Source: Chrysomallon squamiferum (Eukaryota; Animalia; Mollusca). From it: DNA of 64,000 nucleotides. Made by a program: the position numbers and the translations under genes. The notes under the pieces are model-generated. The model did not search any database. It was not told the DNA's origin and worked only from the letters and a program-made list of their open reading frames with translations. Every line of letters begins with the position of its first letter. The first letter of the stretch is position 1. Location: the NCBI GenBank assembly GCA_012295275.1, contig CM022677.1, forward strand, positions 17,298,001 to 17,362,000. Direction: 5' to 3'. This document shows, one piece after another, positions 25,688 to 41,121 of this stretch.

Positions 25688-26529
25688 GTACTATTACTGT
25701 AAAAAAAATATGAATATTTCTCTTAATATTTTCTTACATGATGAATATACAGATTTTGTTACTGTGCTTTAGTGATAACTCTGTAGATATATGTATAAAT
25801 TTGTTTGGTTGATTTTATTTATTTATTTTTATTGTTGTTTTACATATCCATGTCAAAACTAATTTTATTAGATTTTTTCTTCCGAAGTTAAAAAAAATAA
25901 TAATAATATTTGGATTTTGCTGTTTTTATATCGCTTTAAAATTCTATATTATTAGTCTTTGATTAAAATAAATACCAGAAAAGCTAATAAAACAGTTTTT
26001 ATGTCGTCTGGTTTCGACATCAATAAATTTTAGGTCTGAATACATAACCTAGAATTTTAATAATTAACCTTAAATGTTTCATATTTGATGCAATAAATAG
26101 CTTTTAAAGTGATACATACAGATCACAACTGGTGTTTCTATGAAATATTAATAAATCAACAAAACTGCTTTAAAATACAATTTTTCCCATTACTTTGACA
26201 TGACATCATTGAAAACGAGGCTAGTTAAGAAGATTGACCCAATTCCGGAGAGTTTGTCAGCAACGTTATTTTTTATGATAAATAAATAAATAAATAAATT
26301 AAATAATGTATTTATTTTAATGTTCTTTCAATGTTTAAATACAAATTAAATATTAGTTGTCTTAATATGTTATATATAACAATTAAAATGTCGAGACAAC
26401 GTGGTTTCGACAGTTTGTTTAGTCAATGTTATTTACTCTAGTTTAAGTAGTTATTTACAGCGCATCGCAGTTTTTAATTATTACCTTTTTGTGTATATGT
26501 GTGTGTGTGTGTGTGTTATACCTATATAA

Positions 26530-26560
<31 letters not shown>

Positions 26561-27864
26561 TCAATAATGTTACCTATCAAGTGTTTATTATTTGTATTCC
26601 CGTTAATGCAGTCATATAATCGAATCTAATGCAAGACTCGATTAAAAAGGAGAACGAGGAGAAAAAGCAAACAAAAACAAACGATTACAGTCGATTTACT
26701 TATGACCAACGTAACCAGTCTTTACTACTAGCAGAATGCGAAACACTTACGACAGTGCCGGTACCAAAAAAACCAGGCCCAAGTTTATTACCGTATGCTT
26801 GGATGCAGAGCCGGATTTATTGTGCTAGTCGCCCATTGGCTAAAGACATTTTTCTGCCCCCTCTTCAAGCCCACTTCACCCTTCCCACTTTGTTTATTGC
26901 ATTTGATTTTTATAACTTAATGAAAAGCGCACAAATTATGAAAAGCGTTTTAACAATATTTTTTTTTTTTTTTTTTAGGTAATGATCAATGAATAAAAGT
27001 CTTTAAAATAGTTTTTAAATGTTCCTTTTTTTGTTTCGGTTCGGCTTTGCGCACAAATTCTTCTTGAAACAGTTTGCGCTTTAATTTTTCAGTCGGTCCT
27101 CACACCAAATTAAGAAATTATCTGCGAGATTAATTTTAGAAGAAAAAAAAGTCGTATTTTGATCAAATGACCAGAATTTAATTTAATTTAAAATTGTTTT
27201 AGTTTATTTTATTTTTTATTTTCTTCATTATTGGTTTATTTATTTAGTTTTAGTTTTCAATTTAATTTATTTATTTTAATCGTTCCATAATAGTCTCGAT
27301 GCGAATTTTTAATTGACGAGGACAATGAATGAATTTAGCCGATTACACTTTAAATTATAAAAAAAAAGCAATCAAAACAATTTAACAAATTGCGTAACAC
27401 TTAGTTGAAATCTGATGCATCCTGATTAGTTATAAATTACAATTCAGTACAACACTGCACTGGAAAAAGGTTTTTTGATTGGTACTTAGTTATTCAAAAT
27501 ACGTTTCACTGCCACTTTCTAACACTTTCACTGTTTCTTTATTTCCCAGAAATGTTACAAATTCATTAAAGATATTTATTATTAAATACTTAAGAATTCT
27601 AAATAATCCATAAAAATTAGTCTAATCTGTTTGGCAGCCAAGACAAAATATCCATCATTTCTTTCATCTTTTTTCAAAGATAAAATATGCATTAACTTCT
27701 AAACATTTTGTATATATTTAAACATTTATAACAAACTCCAGTTCTTTAATAAAATTAGAAACATAATTTATTTTCAACTATATTTTGCCAGCCAAACAAC
27801 ATTGTAAGATAACAACAGTTGTTAACAAAAGGAGTCTCCTATTTACAAATGTCTGACAAAATAA

Positions 27865-27912
<48 letters not shown>

Positions 27913-28343
27913 GAGGACAATAACACTAATAGTAATCATTCTTCAAAGCAACTTCTGTAAAGCCCATCATATAAAAAATTGTAATTACTATAGTTGGTAA
28001 TAACAAATGGACTAGCTAAGATGCTCATGATGCATAACAAAACAGTTTGCATTTTCACCAGTGGTTGGCTAAAATATTCTCTCTCATTAAAAATTCTATA
28101 GCATATTTATTGTGATGATGATGATGATTAACTTTATGATTATCCTCATTATTATTTTATATATTATTATCAAGTAGGAAGATGACTCATATTAAAACAT
28201 TGCACATTTTCAGCAGTTTGGCTCAGGTATTCTCTATTGATGTTATAAATTCTGTAGCCACATTTATGATGTGATTATTATTAGTAGTATCATTAACATT
28301 ATCATCGTGTTTGTTACTGTTGTGGTTATTTTTATTGTTATTG

Positions 28344-28392
<49 letters not shown>

Positions 28393-29187
28393 GTTTAGGT
28401 AAATGATTACTGACATCTAATCCTAGGCTTGCTAGTATTACAAATATATTCCAAAACAAGTAAAATCTATCAGCAGATTTAAAACTATCACAATCTATAA
28501 GATATCTCATTTCATATTTCTTTATTTATTAGTAAAATGAGTAAACATTTAACTGTAAACAAATTATTTTGAATACCAATAATGCTAGGCAACGTAATGT
28601 ACTTTTTTATTTAAATAAATCAGTTATATACTTCTTTTTTAATCTTCCTAACCATATTTATAACAAACTGAAACATATATTCATTTAAAATTTTCATCAA
28701 CACTAAGTCTTAAAAAGTGTTAAAATAAGTGTTATAATTATTACTATATATTAAGACAGCAACAGTTAATAAAATATAACAATCAAAATATATTAATAAT
28801 AAAAATGATATTAAATGATGAGTTTATAAGACAGTCAGTGAGTCAATACAATATTAGGTTGAAAACACTGGCAAACTAATTTAGGTTTGTAGCTGTAGTA
28901 ATAATTGTCACTATTTCTATAATTTATTAACTTTTTTAATGAAGGAAAATTATAAACCTGAACCATTTTCCTCTGAAAGTATTCATGGATTTATGACTGA
29001 AAAATATTCTATTTCAAACAGATAACCTTTTTTCCAGCTTTAGTTTTATAATTAATGGAACAGACTCCACTTATCTTTGAAATTTAAAACATTCATCATT
29101 CTATTTTATAATTTATACTGTAAATATTCTATTATTTTGTTTAATCTTTTGTTAGTCCTGGATTCTCTTGTGCAATTCTCTCTTGCA

Positions 29188-29212
29188 TTAATTTCTTCTT
29201 CTTACGTTGATT
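29188..29212 (-). CDS. Gene B candidate last exon (R-INVRRRN*); alternative frame NQRKKKKLMQERIAQENPGLTKD* extends to 29141
   Basis: tttgatag acceptor; a phase-2 join gives a short basic tail; ambiguous. Confidence 0.4.
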
Positions 29213-31272
29213 CTATCAAAAAATAAAATAAAAATAATAATAAATAACACCTTAAAGATTGCTATTCTTATTATTTAATTTTGAAGATATTGTTATAACA
29301 GATTAACTAATCTTTTCATCAGTATTCATTTATTTTTCTTAATTTATACTGACTAAAAAATAAAATAAAAATAACAATAAATTACACCTTAAAGATTGTT
29401 ATTCTTATTGTTTAATTTTGAAGATATTGTTATAACAGATTAACTAATCTTTTCATCGGCATTCATTTATTTTTCTTAATTTATACCGACTAAGAACTGA
29501 AAGAAAGATAATACTTGTCTTTTCAGCGACATTAACTTATGTTTCCTTGCTTATATGCGAATGCAAATTTAAAGAAAAATTATCATCTAATTTTGAGAAT
29601 AAAACTGAAATGAAATTTACCGTTGTAGGACAAAGTACAGTCCGGTTGCCAAAAGCAGCAGCAGTATAAGTATAACAGCAAACAGAGCATATTGAGTTGA
29701 CACAGGCATACTAGAAGCTTTCATTACAACTGGTGCAAAAGCAAAAATTATATACACATAATAATAAACACAATTATTTTAAAAGAATAATTTAAATACA
29801 TAAAGATATAAACAACAATATCTTCACCAAATTAATAAAAATGTATGATTATTGTGTCAAAGTCTATTGATTTTTTATTGGACAGATCAATATTTACTTA
29901 CATATTTACATATATATATATTTAATTGCTGGTTTAATGTATGTATTTATATATTTTTTATTTGCATTAAGATTCAACATACCTTCTCATGAACACATTC
30001 CATGAAATATATTTTGAAAACAGTTTTCATTTCAGAAGTAACAAGAAAATTGTTGTTATTTAAGAAACTATTTTTCTTTGAAATAATCAAAATAATTTGG
30101 AACCTTCATTGGTATTTCCATTATCAGGTTCTTACTAATATTATTTATTAGGAAAATAAAATATATTCTCAAACTTTTTTTTTTTTTTTTCCTTCTAAAC
30201 TGTAGAAACAATTGCCTGCTCATAACTTAAACACTTTCAATTCAGAGAAGAACTTATTATTAAATTTACTGTTGTCAAGAGGAAAGTAGAATTTATTGAT
30301 ATGTGTAAAATAAGAAAATTTCAGATATTACATATATTATACCAGAAATTTTCAGAGATTATACATAATTCTTGAATGAATCATAAATAACATAAAAGTA
30401 AATTTCAGGTATTATATAGATATTACCTGAAATTTTCATAGATTATACATAATTCTTGAATGAATCATAAATAATACAAAAGTAAATTTCAGGTATTATA
30501 TATATATTACCTGAAATTTTCAGAGATTATACATAATTCTTGAATGACTCGCAAACAAATATAAAATTTTCAGTACACCATCACACAGAAATTAAAAAAA
30601 ATAATACAAATAAATTTTAAAAAAATATTATGAATACCATTTCATCATTACCTTTGCAGTAGTCACCTTTACAAGTCTGAGTAATTAAGACAGCTGATTT
30701 CCCTTCGCATTCTGCATCCATACAGATCCTCTTGTACACGATGTCTCGAATGCAGTCTGAGGCACAACTGTGTTCAAATGCTTTCGCCCAGTCACTCCAT
30801 CCAACTTTGAGTGGAAAATAATAAATATTGGAGATTATTATTTATATTAGGTGATGTACACATAGGAGAGGTATTCATTTATGTTTTCTGTTTATGTCGA
30901 AAATCATGACTTTTATTTTGGTCAGAGCCACGATTTTTATTTATCTTTTTTTTTCTCTTCAGTGTCTGATAGTAAGTATTATGGATATAAGTAACATGTT
31001 TGTGTATATATGTATGTATGTATGTATCTATCTGTCTATCTATCTATCTATGCATGTTTCTATCTATCAATCTGTGTATGTGTGTATGTGTATGTATGGA
31101 TATAATGTATGCATATTTATATATATTTTCAGTTGCCTTAAAAATTCAATATACCTGCTCCTGAATACATTCCACTTCCTGAAAAAAACATAAATAATTA
31201 TATAAATGTTTTGTGCACCAATTCTACAAATTCATATATACACACTGCATTGTATTGTATGCATAGATATAG

Positions 31273-31311
<39 letters not shown>

Positions 31312-34300
31312 ATTTGATATCACACATGACAAGTATAATAAATCAATCTCTCTTTTTTTCTTTTTTCTCTCTTATTAGTTTTCATTTCAATAATCAGAAA
31401 AATATAATTCTGATTCCAAGTAAACATTTAAAATCTGTTTTCTGTCTTACACTTCAAGTTGAAATTTAGATATTTATGTAAAAGATTAAATAAATTTACC
31501 TTCTTCAGACGGCTCTTCAGTCTCTGTATTAACAAAGAAAAAAACAAAGAAAGAAAACAATAAAGAAAAATATGTAAAACACACACACACACACACACAT
31601 ACATATATATGCTGGTTAATAGTATATAAAGTAACTATGAAGGAGAATCAGTTTTGCTTTGGAAGTATTTTTAGCTGTTTTAATTTTCACACACACACAC
31701 ACAGATGTATGTAGTAAGCACACACATACACATATATAAAACACATTTCCAAAACTGTATTAATAGAAATGAAGATTTTTTTTTTTTTTCATTAATAAAT
31801 ATTTTTTCCTTTTCACATTTCTAAAACAGTTAATAATAATAAATTTGGTTTATTTTAGATTTTCTGAAAACAAAATAAATGCATCCTTTATTTTAGTCTT
31901 TCCAAAGTGATTAAAGACACAATACCTTCACAAATGACCCCACTCAGACATTCCTGTGTGTAGTTTTTTCTGCCCTCTCCAAAACACTGTCTTCCTCCCA
32001 GCTGAGGTGATGGGTTGTCACATGATCGTTTGAAACTCACACTTTCAACACCTGCGTCTCCACACGTAGAACTGCAGTCAGATCTAGACAGCATCACCCA
32101 GGAACCCCAGTCACCATCCACTGAAAACAATGTTAACTAGAATACAGATAAAATATAAAACAACTGAAAACAAATTTAACTATAACAGATAAAATAGATA
32201 ATGATAGAAACAAAGTTTACCTAGAACAGATAAAACAGATAACGATGGAAATGAATTTAACTAGAACAGATAAAATAGATAACGATAGAAATGAATTTAA
32301 CTAATACAGGACATTATCCCCAGTGACCATCCAGTGAAAACAAAGTTTAAAATAGATAATGACTGAAACAAATTTAACTAGAACAGATAAAATATAAAAC
32401 GATTGAAACAAATTTAACTAGAAGAGATAAAATAGATAATGATGGAAATGAATTAAAATAATACAGGACATTATCCCCAGTGACCATCCCCTGAAAACAA
32501 AGTTAACTAGAATACAGATAAAATATAAAACAACTGAAAACAAAGTTAACTAGAACAGATAAAATATAAAACAACTGAAAACAAATTTAACTAGAACAGA
32601 TACAATATAAAACAACTGAAAACAAATTTAACTAGAACAGATACAATATAAAACAACTGAAAACAAAGTTAACTAGAACAGATAAAACAGATAATGATTG
32701 AAACAAAGTTTAACTAGAACAGATAAAACAGATAATGATTGAAACAAAATTTAACTAGAACAGATAAAATATAAAACGATCGAAACAAATTTAACTAGAA
32801 CAGATAAAATAGATAATGATGGAAATGAATTTAAATAATTCAGAACCATCCATTGAAAACAAAGTTAACTAGAATACAGAAGATGCATAAACAGTGTATG
32901 TGCAAACATTATGGAAACTTATTTACAGGATATATATGAACAATGGAACATTTAAATAGAATAGAGTACATATATAACATGAAACAAATTTTAAAAAGAA
33001 TGCAGAAAATATTTAATAAAAGGAAACAAATTTGACAAGAATACTGAATTGCCTTTAAACAACGAAAACAAATTTAATAAGAATACAAAACTCGTTTGTC
33101 AGTAATGTATACCGTATAACATTGACAACATTTAAAAAGAATACAGAATGTACATAACAATATATTTTACAATGGAAATATATTTAACTAGACACAGAAC
33201 AAACATAACAGTGGAAATATTTAGCTAACATTGTCATTCTCTATGTGCTTTTTATTATACCAATCAACATTTGAGTGATTTTATTTTTTTTAACCTATCT
33301 TCATTTTTAGTGATATAATTTTGGAGCAACATATCTTAAAGTGTTTTACAGACATGAATATAGACATATTAAATAATAATATAATATGAGTTATATCAAA
33401 AGTAAGGTACAAGTAAAATAACAAAGTGAAAGGCAAATTATTATTCAAAATTACAAAGCTGACAATAATGTAGAGTTGTTTAATTATGTTGACAATCAAG
33501 GGTGGTGCTCCTGAAAATTCCAGATTCTTTTACACTTTTAACTTGGTGGTACTTTTGTAATCCTTGGTGATTTGGAATAATTAAACAATTAATTGCAGAA
33601 CAATTTATGGTTATTTTTAGTCACATTTTTTGATCCACCTTGTTGCACTAGACTGTAAATATGTTGTGCATTTGCAATTTAGTGCCTCAAAAGTATGTGC
33701 TGAAAAAATTATCACTAAAGAACATACATAAAAAAAAATGGAAACATTTATCTAAAATATAGAATATATATAACAATCAAAATATATTTAATCAGAGAAC
33801 ACATGTAAATAATTGAAATATATTTTACAAGAAAAGAGGACATATGTAAACAATGGAAAAATTTATTTAGAACAAGAACATGTATAACAAATGGAAATAT
33901 ATTTAATAAAATACAGAACATGTTTAAAAGAACATAATATATAACAATGTAAATATTTTAACAAGAATACTGAACATATATAAACAATGGAAAAAATATT
34001 TAACTAAAATACAGAACATGTTTAACTAGAAAACATATTTAAACATAAAAAAATAAACATGTTTTAACCTGTGTACATAACATATGTGTGGAACCATATT
34101 TAAACAGAAAAAATAATACTATGAATATGAAATTACCATTTAATAATATAATAACAAACAACAGAAATAACAAATAATTATGTTATAATGAATAAATTAT
34201 TATAACAAAAATAATAAAATATTAACAAGAAAAAAATAACAACAATAGATCCTATTAATAATAATAATAACAACATAACAATAAAGCATCAACAACAATA

Positions 34301-34738
34301 ATAATACATTATTTAAAGAATCAAAAATTTGTTAACAAAATAAATGTTCTGTATTCTTGTTAATTATGTTTCCATTGTTAAATATTTTCAGTATAATAAT
34401 AATAAAAATAACAAAAAAATAAAAACAATGATACAACTACTACAGCTGCTACTGCTACTACCACTAATTTCAACAACAACAACAACAACAACTACTACTA
34501 CTACTACTACTACAACAATAATAATAATACCAGGACACAGCATTGTCTCTTTACAAGACTCCTGTCTTGATCTCCTATTGTTTCCAGGACAACCTTGTCC
34601 CCCATTCTGGGGGCTGGGGTTATTGCATTCCCGAATTTCAGTTATCCTTCGATTGCCAGTTATTTCTCCACAAGTCATTGAACAGCCCTCGAATTTGTCC
34701 TGTTTCCAGTCACCCCATTTGCCATCCACTTTGAAAAA

Positions 34739-34778
<40 letters not shown>

Positions 34779-36439
34779 TATTATCTGTCTCTTCAAAATA
34801 TAAACATAAAGATTATTTATCATGTTACCACTCAAACGAACAATTATATCACAACTGTTTAAGTATTAACATTTACAGCGATTGGTGCACAAAAAAAAAT
34901 CAAAAAAGGAAGATCAAATTTATTATTTAGTTATTACTTTTAACATTAAAATCATTCAATATTCATAATCCATATATTAGTGATGCAGAAAGATGTATCA
35001 CCTTTCAGAACGAATGGTATTTCATATGTTTCATTACACTGGGAAACAAAAGGACACAATCAAACACAACATCTTGAACACACTCTACAAACTATAATCA
35101 GATGTTACTAAAAAATTGTAAGTAACATTCAAAACAATTATTCGTAACTTTTTTACTGTAACAGTATTCAGAAGTTATATTACTATAATACAGAAACCAT
35201 TAATTTTTTTGTTGAGTATGTTCTTTTTTTAATAATACCATTAGAAAGACTGGTAATATTTCCATGTATTATACTGTGCATTAGTAATATTTCATTAAAA
35301 AGAACTATATTAAAAAGAAATAGTATTACCATAACTCAAAAACAGTATTAACATAACACCAAAACAATATTAACATAACACAAAAACAGCATTAACATAA
35401 CACAATAACATGACACCAAATGTTTTAACATAAGACAAAGATCATATTAACATAGCCCAAAAACAGTATTAACGTAACACAAAAAGTTTTAACATCACAC
35501 AAATAGTATTAACATAACCCCAAAACAGTATCAACAAAACACAAAAAAAGCATTAACAAAATACAAAAATGAAGATTATTGTGACACAAACATTACTTAC
35601 CAAAAAACCCCAGAGAAACACAATTACACAAATAATATTTCAGTTAAAAAATAACTGGCAATCACAATTTCTCAAACACACCGAACAAACATGACAGAGC
35701 TACACGATTACAGAAAAACAGACAAAGAGCTAAAAAAAAAAAACCCAGTATTACCAGGACATGGAACTGGGGCTTGGCAGTCTGCTGTTTTCTCATCTTT
35801 TCTTCGCCGCCCTTTGCATGGTTTTCCAAGAGGTGAACGTTTTGGATTGTCACAGTCTCGGTAATAAAATGACGTCTGCTTACCGGGACCACCACATGTG
35901 ACACTGCAGTGACCCCTGTTCATTTCCCAACGACTCCATCCACCATCAACTACAACAACAACAACAACAACTTGTTTTTCACTGCCTCTGTTATAACATA
36001 CTGTATCTCTCTCAGTGTGCGAGAGAGAGAGAGAAATAGATAGATATATTATAGATAGATATGTGTATATATATATAGAGGGAGAGAGAGAGAGAGATTA
36101 TGGATATATTTAATTATATATATATATATATATACACACATATATACATATATAAACACACACACACACATCTCCATTTCTATTTTTACAAGATACCTAT
36201 ATACTATTTCTTTTTAATGGTACTTAATATACGACTTCTGCATTGGTCATATTTTAGTCCTTCTATATATATATATATATCTATCTATTATCTATATATC
36301 TAATTCCTTTCTCACTATAATCTGTCACACTGTAACTAGTTACTAACCTAAGTATTATATCTATTTATCTATCTATCTATTTTTCCTAATAACATATATC
36401 CATATTGAATTTGCCTTCATCTATATCTCTCCACATAGA

Positions 36440-36471
<32 letters not shown>

Positions 36472-37371
36472 TCTCTCTCTGAATATATTCTCGAGTTCTT
36501 TCTCATCCTCTTTGTCTCACAATTACTTTGCATTTTTTCAGCTATTTTAAAATAATAAACAAAATAACCAATGAAAAACAATAAATAAATAAATAAACCA
36601 GTACTGTTATAACACAATGGTATTACCAATAAAAAAAAAGAATTTTTTTTAAAATTACAATAATGCAGATATCAATAGCAATTTTAATAATACTTATAAT
36701 AACAACAGTAAAAATAATAACAATAATAATAATGACAATAATAATAATAATAATAATAACAACAACATAATAATAATAACAATAACAGCAACAACAATAA
36801 TAATAATTATAATAACTGTAATAATAAAAATAACAACAACTGAAATCATAACAATGCCACAAACAATAATAACAATAATACCAGGACAGGGAGATAAGCA
36901 TTTCTGTGTATACTCATATATATTTTGACCAATGCAGTACTTTCCACCAAATTTTGGTCTAGGATTGTCACACATTCTGTATCTGATTGTATGTATACTG
37001 CCAGCACCACAGGTAGTACTGCAGGAAGATGTATTATACTTCCAGTTGCCCCACCCACCATCAACTATAAAAAAAAAAAAATGTTTATTTAAATATATAT
37101 GTGTGAATGTATGTATGTATGTATGTATACGTGTGTATGTATGTATGTACATATATAGCAAGCCTGTGTGAGAGTCTAAAATCAATAAAAGTAATAAGTC
37201 ACTGCATACACACACACACACACACACATACACACACAAATACTCAACCCACCAGTTAATCTAGTAGTTTAAAACTTACCCTTTGTTATCAGGTTTAATC
37301 AGATGTTTTCCTTATTAATCTTTTGTCTTAGTGCTTTTTGCAGATATAAAAAGTTAAAAACATCCTTAACA

Positions 37372-37412
<41 letters not shown>

Positions 37413-37917
37413 TGTGGGGGGAGAGGGAGGGGGTTTCATAAAAAGACTTTCAAAAGAGTCTAAAATGGCAGTGAATGCGACATTAATTATATGACCTCTA
37501 AACTGACATCAACATCAGTGGTTTTTACCATGTAGCAAACATTTAAATTTATACCTTTCCTGTCTGTGTGTGTGTGTGTGTGTGTGTGCTCATGTACATA
37601 GAAATTGTTCATCAAGACAAACTGTTATCCAACTTAATGTAGTTTTATTTATTCTGTGATTCCTCCCTGAACTAATTAACAGTTCTTGTATGTTTTGCCT
37701 ACAATGAATTAAGTTCCTATTGCATTTTGTAAAAATATAACAATTTTAATCTTTATTTTGTTTTAGTAACAAAACACAGAAATAAATTTATATTACTAAT
37801 AAACTATATTTAAGGAAATTTTAATGTCCCTTCAAATTATAATGGTACATAACACTGATGATTAAACCCAAAGGAATACTTTCCTTGCCTAAATTTGATG
37901 CTTATTTGATATATTCA

Positions 37918-37952
<35 letters not shown>

Positions 37953-37981
37953 AATAAAATAAATAAATAAATAAAATAAAA

Positions 37982-38036
<55 letters not shown>

Positions 38037-38116
38037 AATAAAATAAATAAATATATTAAATAAAATAAATAAATAAATAAATAAATAAATAAAATAAAAT
38101 AAAATAAATAAATGAA

Positions 38117-38155
<39 letters not shown>

Positions 38156-40519
38156 AATAAATAAATAAATAAAATAAAACAAAAAAAAATAAATAAAATA
38201 AAATAAAATAAAATAAAAAAAATAAAAAAAATAAAATAAAATAAAATAAAATAAATAAACCAACACAAAACAATTATTTACCAGGACATCCAGTAATACA
38301 TATGTTAGTGTTTCTGGTCGTGCTGTTTTTACATTTTCTCCCTGTCCCAGTCGGGCGTGGCTTTGTGCACTGCCTTTCTTGAGTCCGCATCTGTTCAGGG
38401 GCAGAGCACTCATAGCCACATGGAAAGCCACGCTGCCAGCTTGACCAGCCACCATTTGCTGCAACAACAGTAAACAACTTGTAAACAGTTTTACTATTTA
38501 GTATTGGTTTTATTTGCAAGTAATAAATAAAAAAAAAGAAAAAAGAAAAAATGAAAAGAAAAACTAAATAGAAGAAAAGAAAAATGTGAAAGTATTGAAA
38601 AAAAGAATAAAAGAAAGAAAGAAAGAAAAATTAAAATGAAAGAAAAATAAATAAAAAGAGAAGAAAAATGAAGACGTATTGAGAAAAAGAAAGAAAGAAA
38701 GAATAAATAACTAGAAAAGAAAAATGAAGATGTATTGAAAAAAAGAAAGAAAGAAAGAATAAATAAATAGAAAAGAAAAATGAAGATGTATTGAAAAAAG
38801 AAAGAAAGAAAGAATAAAGAAAAGAAAAAAGAAAAATGAAGATATTGAAAAAAAGAAAGAAAGAAAGAATAAATAACTAGAAAAGAAAAATGAAGATGTA
38901 TTGAAAAAAAAGAAAGAAAGAAAAAGAATAAATAAATAGAAAAGAAAAATGAAGATGTATTGATGAAAAGAATAAATAAAAAAAGAAAGAAAGAAAAAAA
39001 AATGAAAAAGAAAAAGAAATAGAAGAAAAGAGATATGATGAAGAATATTGAGAAAAAGAAAGAAAGAAAGAAAGAAAAATGAAAAAGAAAAAAAAAAAAG
39101 AAAAAAAAAAGAAAGAACAAGAAAAAAGAAATAAAGGAAAAATCATAATAATATATAAAAAAGAAAGAAAAAAAAAAATTAAATAAAAGAAACTGTATAA
39201 AAAAAGAAAAATGTAAATGTAAGAACCAACATACACACTATCCACAAAGAGATTATCTTTTTTATTTTTTATTTATTTATTTTTTTATTTTATACAGTAC
39301 ATTTATTTTAATTTTTTTAACAAACTATCTCAGAATCTTTATCCCCTCCTAGTTAATTAATCTATCAGTTTAATACTACCCTTTAGTATCAGTTTTTATC
39401 TAACATTTTCTTTACTAGTATTTTGACTTAGTGCTTTTTTCAGATAAAAAAAGTTAAACATATCCACAACAGATTTCTTAAATTTGTCACATCTACAACA
39501 AAGATACACACTTCAAATAGTCTTGTTAACTTGTATCTGTTAAATAAAATTTCCTCATTTACCATTTTTTATTTTTATTGTATTAAAAACCAAAAATCCA
39601 CCAGACATCCTAATTCACTGCTTACCAGATAAATTGTCTGATGCGATTAATACATTCATTAAAATTAAAAACGTCAAATAAAAGGTTCTCTCCTTTGTCT
39701 CCAAACAAATGAACCAATTATATTAAAACTAAAATAATCAACACTTACTGTTTCTGGTATAGATTTTTAAATTCCTTTTAGGGACACAACCACCACAAAA
39801 TCCTCCACACTCCAGATTAAAATACTTGACATAAGTGGTGTTCTGCTGAACATAAACCTTTCTAAAAGTGTCATTACCAAAGATGTCAAAGTCCTATAAA
39901 AAACAAAAAAAAACAATGATATAAAAATAATAATTTCAGAAACAAAGAAATTCTTGTTTTAAATAAAATCATATTTGTGTGTTGTGTGTGTATGTATGTG
40001 TGTGTATGTGTTTACACATATATTATTTAACTATTATTATTATTATTGTTATTATTATTGTTGTTGTTATTGTTATTATTATTCTTCTTTTTATTATTAT
40101 TATTATTATCATCATTACATCATCATCATCATTATCATCATCATCATCATCATCATCAACATTATTGTTATATTTGTTATAATCCAGCATTACCGAAACT
40201 ATTGATGAACTGAAATGGAAGTCAGTATCGCGGAGATCAATGTGAAAATGGCTGACTGGGTAGCAGCCAGGTTTAGCTGTATTAACACTGATGTGACTGG
40301 CGTGACAGTCATAGGCTTGAGCAAACGGTATAAGCTCACTGTGAACCTCAGCAAACTCTGAATCTGTAACATCTAGTTCCATTCCCTGAGAAAATGAAAT
40401 ATGTTTGATGTAAATCTCTGTGTGTGTGTGTGTGTGTGTTTGTGAGTATTCTGTCCCATATGTTATATTTTTTGTCAAAGGTTAATTTTTATTCAATGTC
40501 TGAGAGGGAGAGGGAGAGG

Positions 40520-40565
<46 letters not shown>

Positions 40566-41089
40566 ACAGAGAGATAGAGACAGCAGACAAAGAGAGAGAG
40601 AGAGACAGAAGACAGAGAGATTGACAGAGAAATAGAGAAAGAGACAGAGAGAGAGACAGAGAAAAGAAAGAGACAGAGAGAAAGAGAAAGATCAGAAAGA
40701 GAAAAAGAGAAAGAGACAGAAGAGAGACTGAGACAGAGAAAGAGAGAGATTGAAGAGATAGAGAAAGAGACAGAGGAAAAGAGACAGAGAGAGAGAGAGA
40801 GAGAGAGAAAAGAGAGACAGACAAAAAGAGAGAGAAAGCAGAGAAACAGTGAAAAGAGACTGAGATAACAAACAGAGAAAGAGAGAGAAAAGAGAAAAAG
40901 AGAGAGAGAGAGAGAGAAAGAGAAAAGAGAGAGAGAGAGAAACAGAAAGAGACAGAGAGGGACAGAAACAGACAGATAGAAAAATAGACTGAGAAAAGAC
41001 AGAGAGATAGAAAGGGGACAGAGGAGAAGAAAGAGACAGAGAAAAGCATGATGATTCACAGAAAGGCAGAAAAAATACACAACACAAAA

Positions 41090-41121
<32 letters not shown>

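Noticed and set aside
26629-26982. 117-aa plus-strand ORF upstream of gene C
   Set aside because: No recognisable motif or paralog; probably promoter or transposon-derived sequence.
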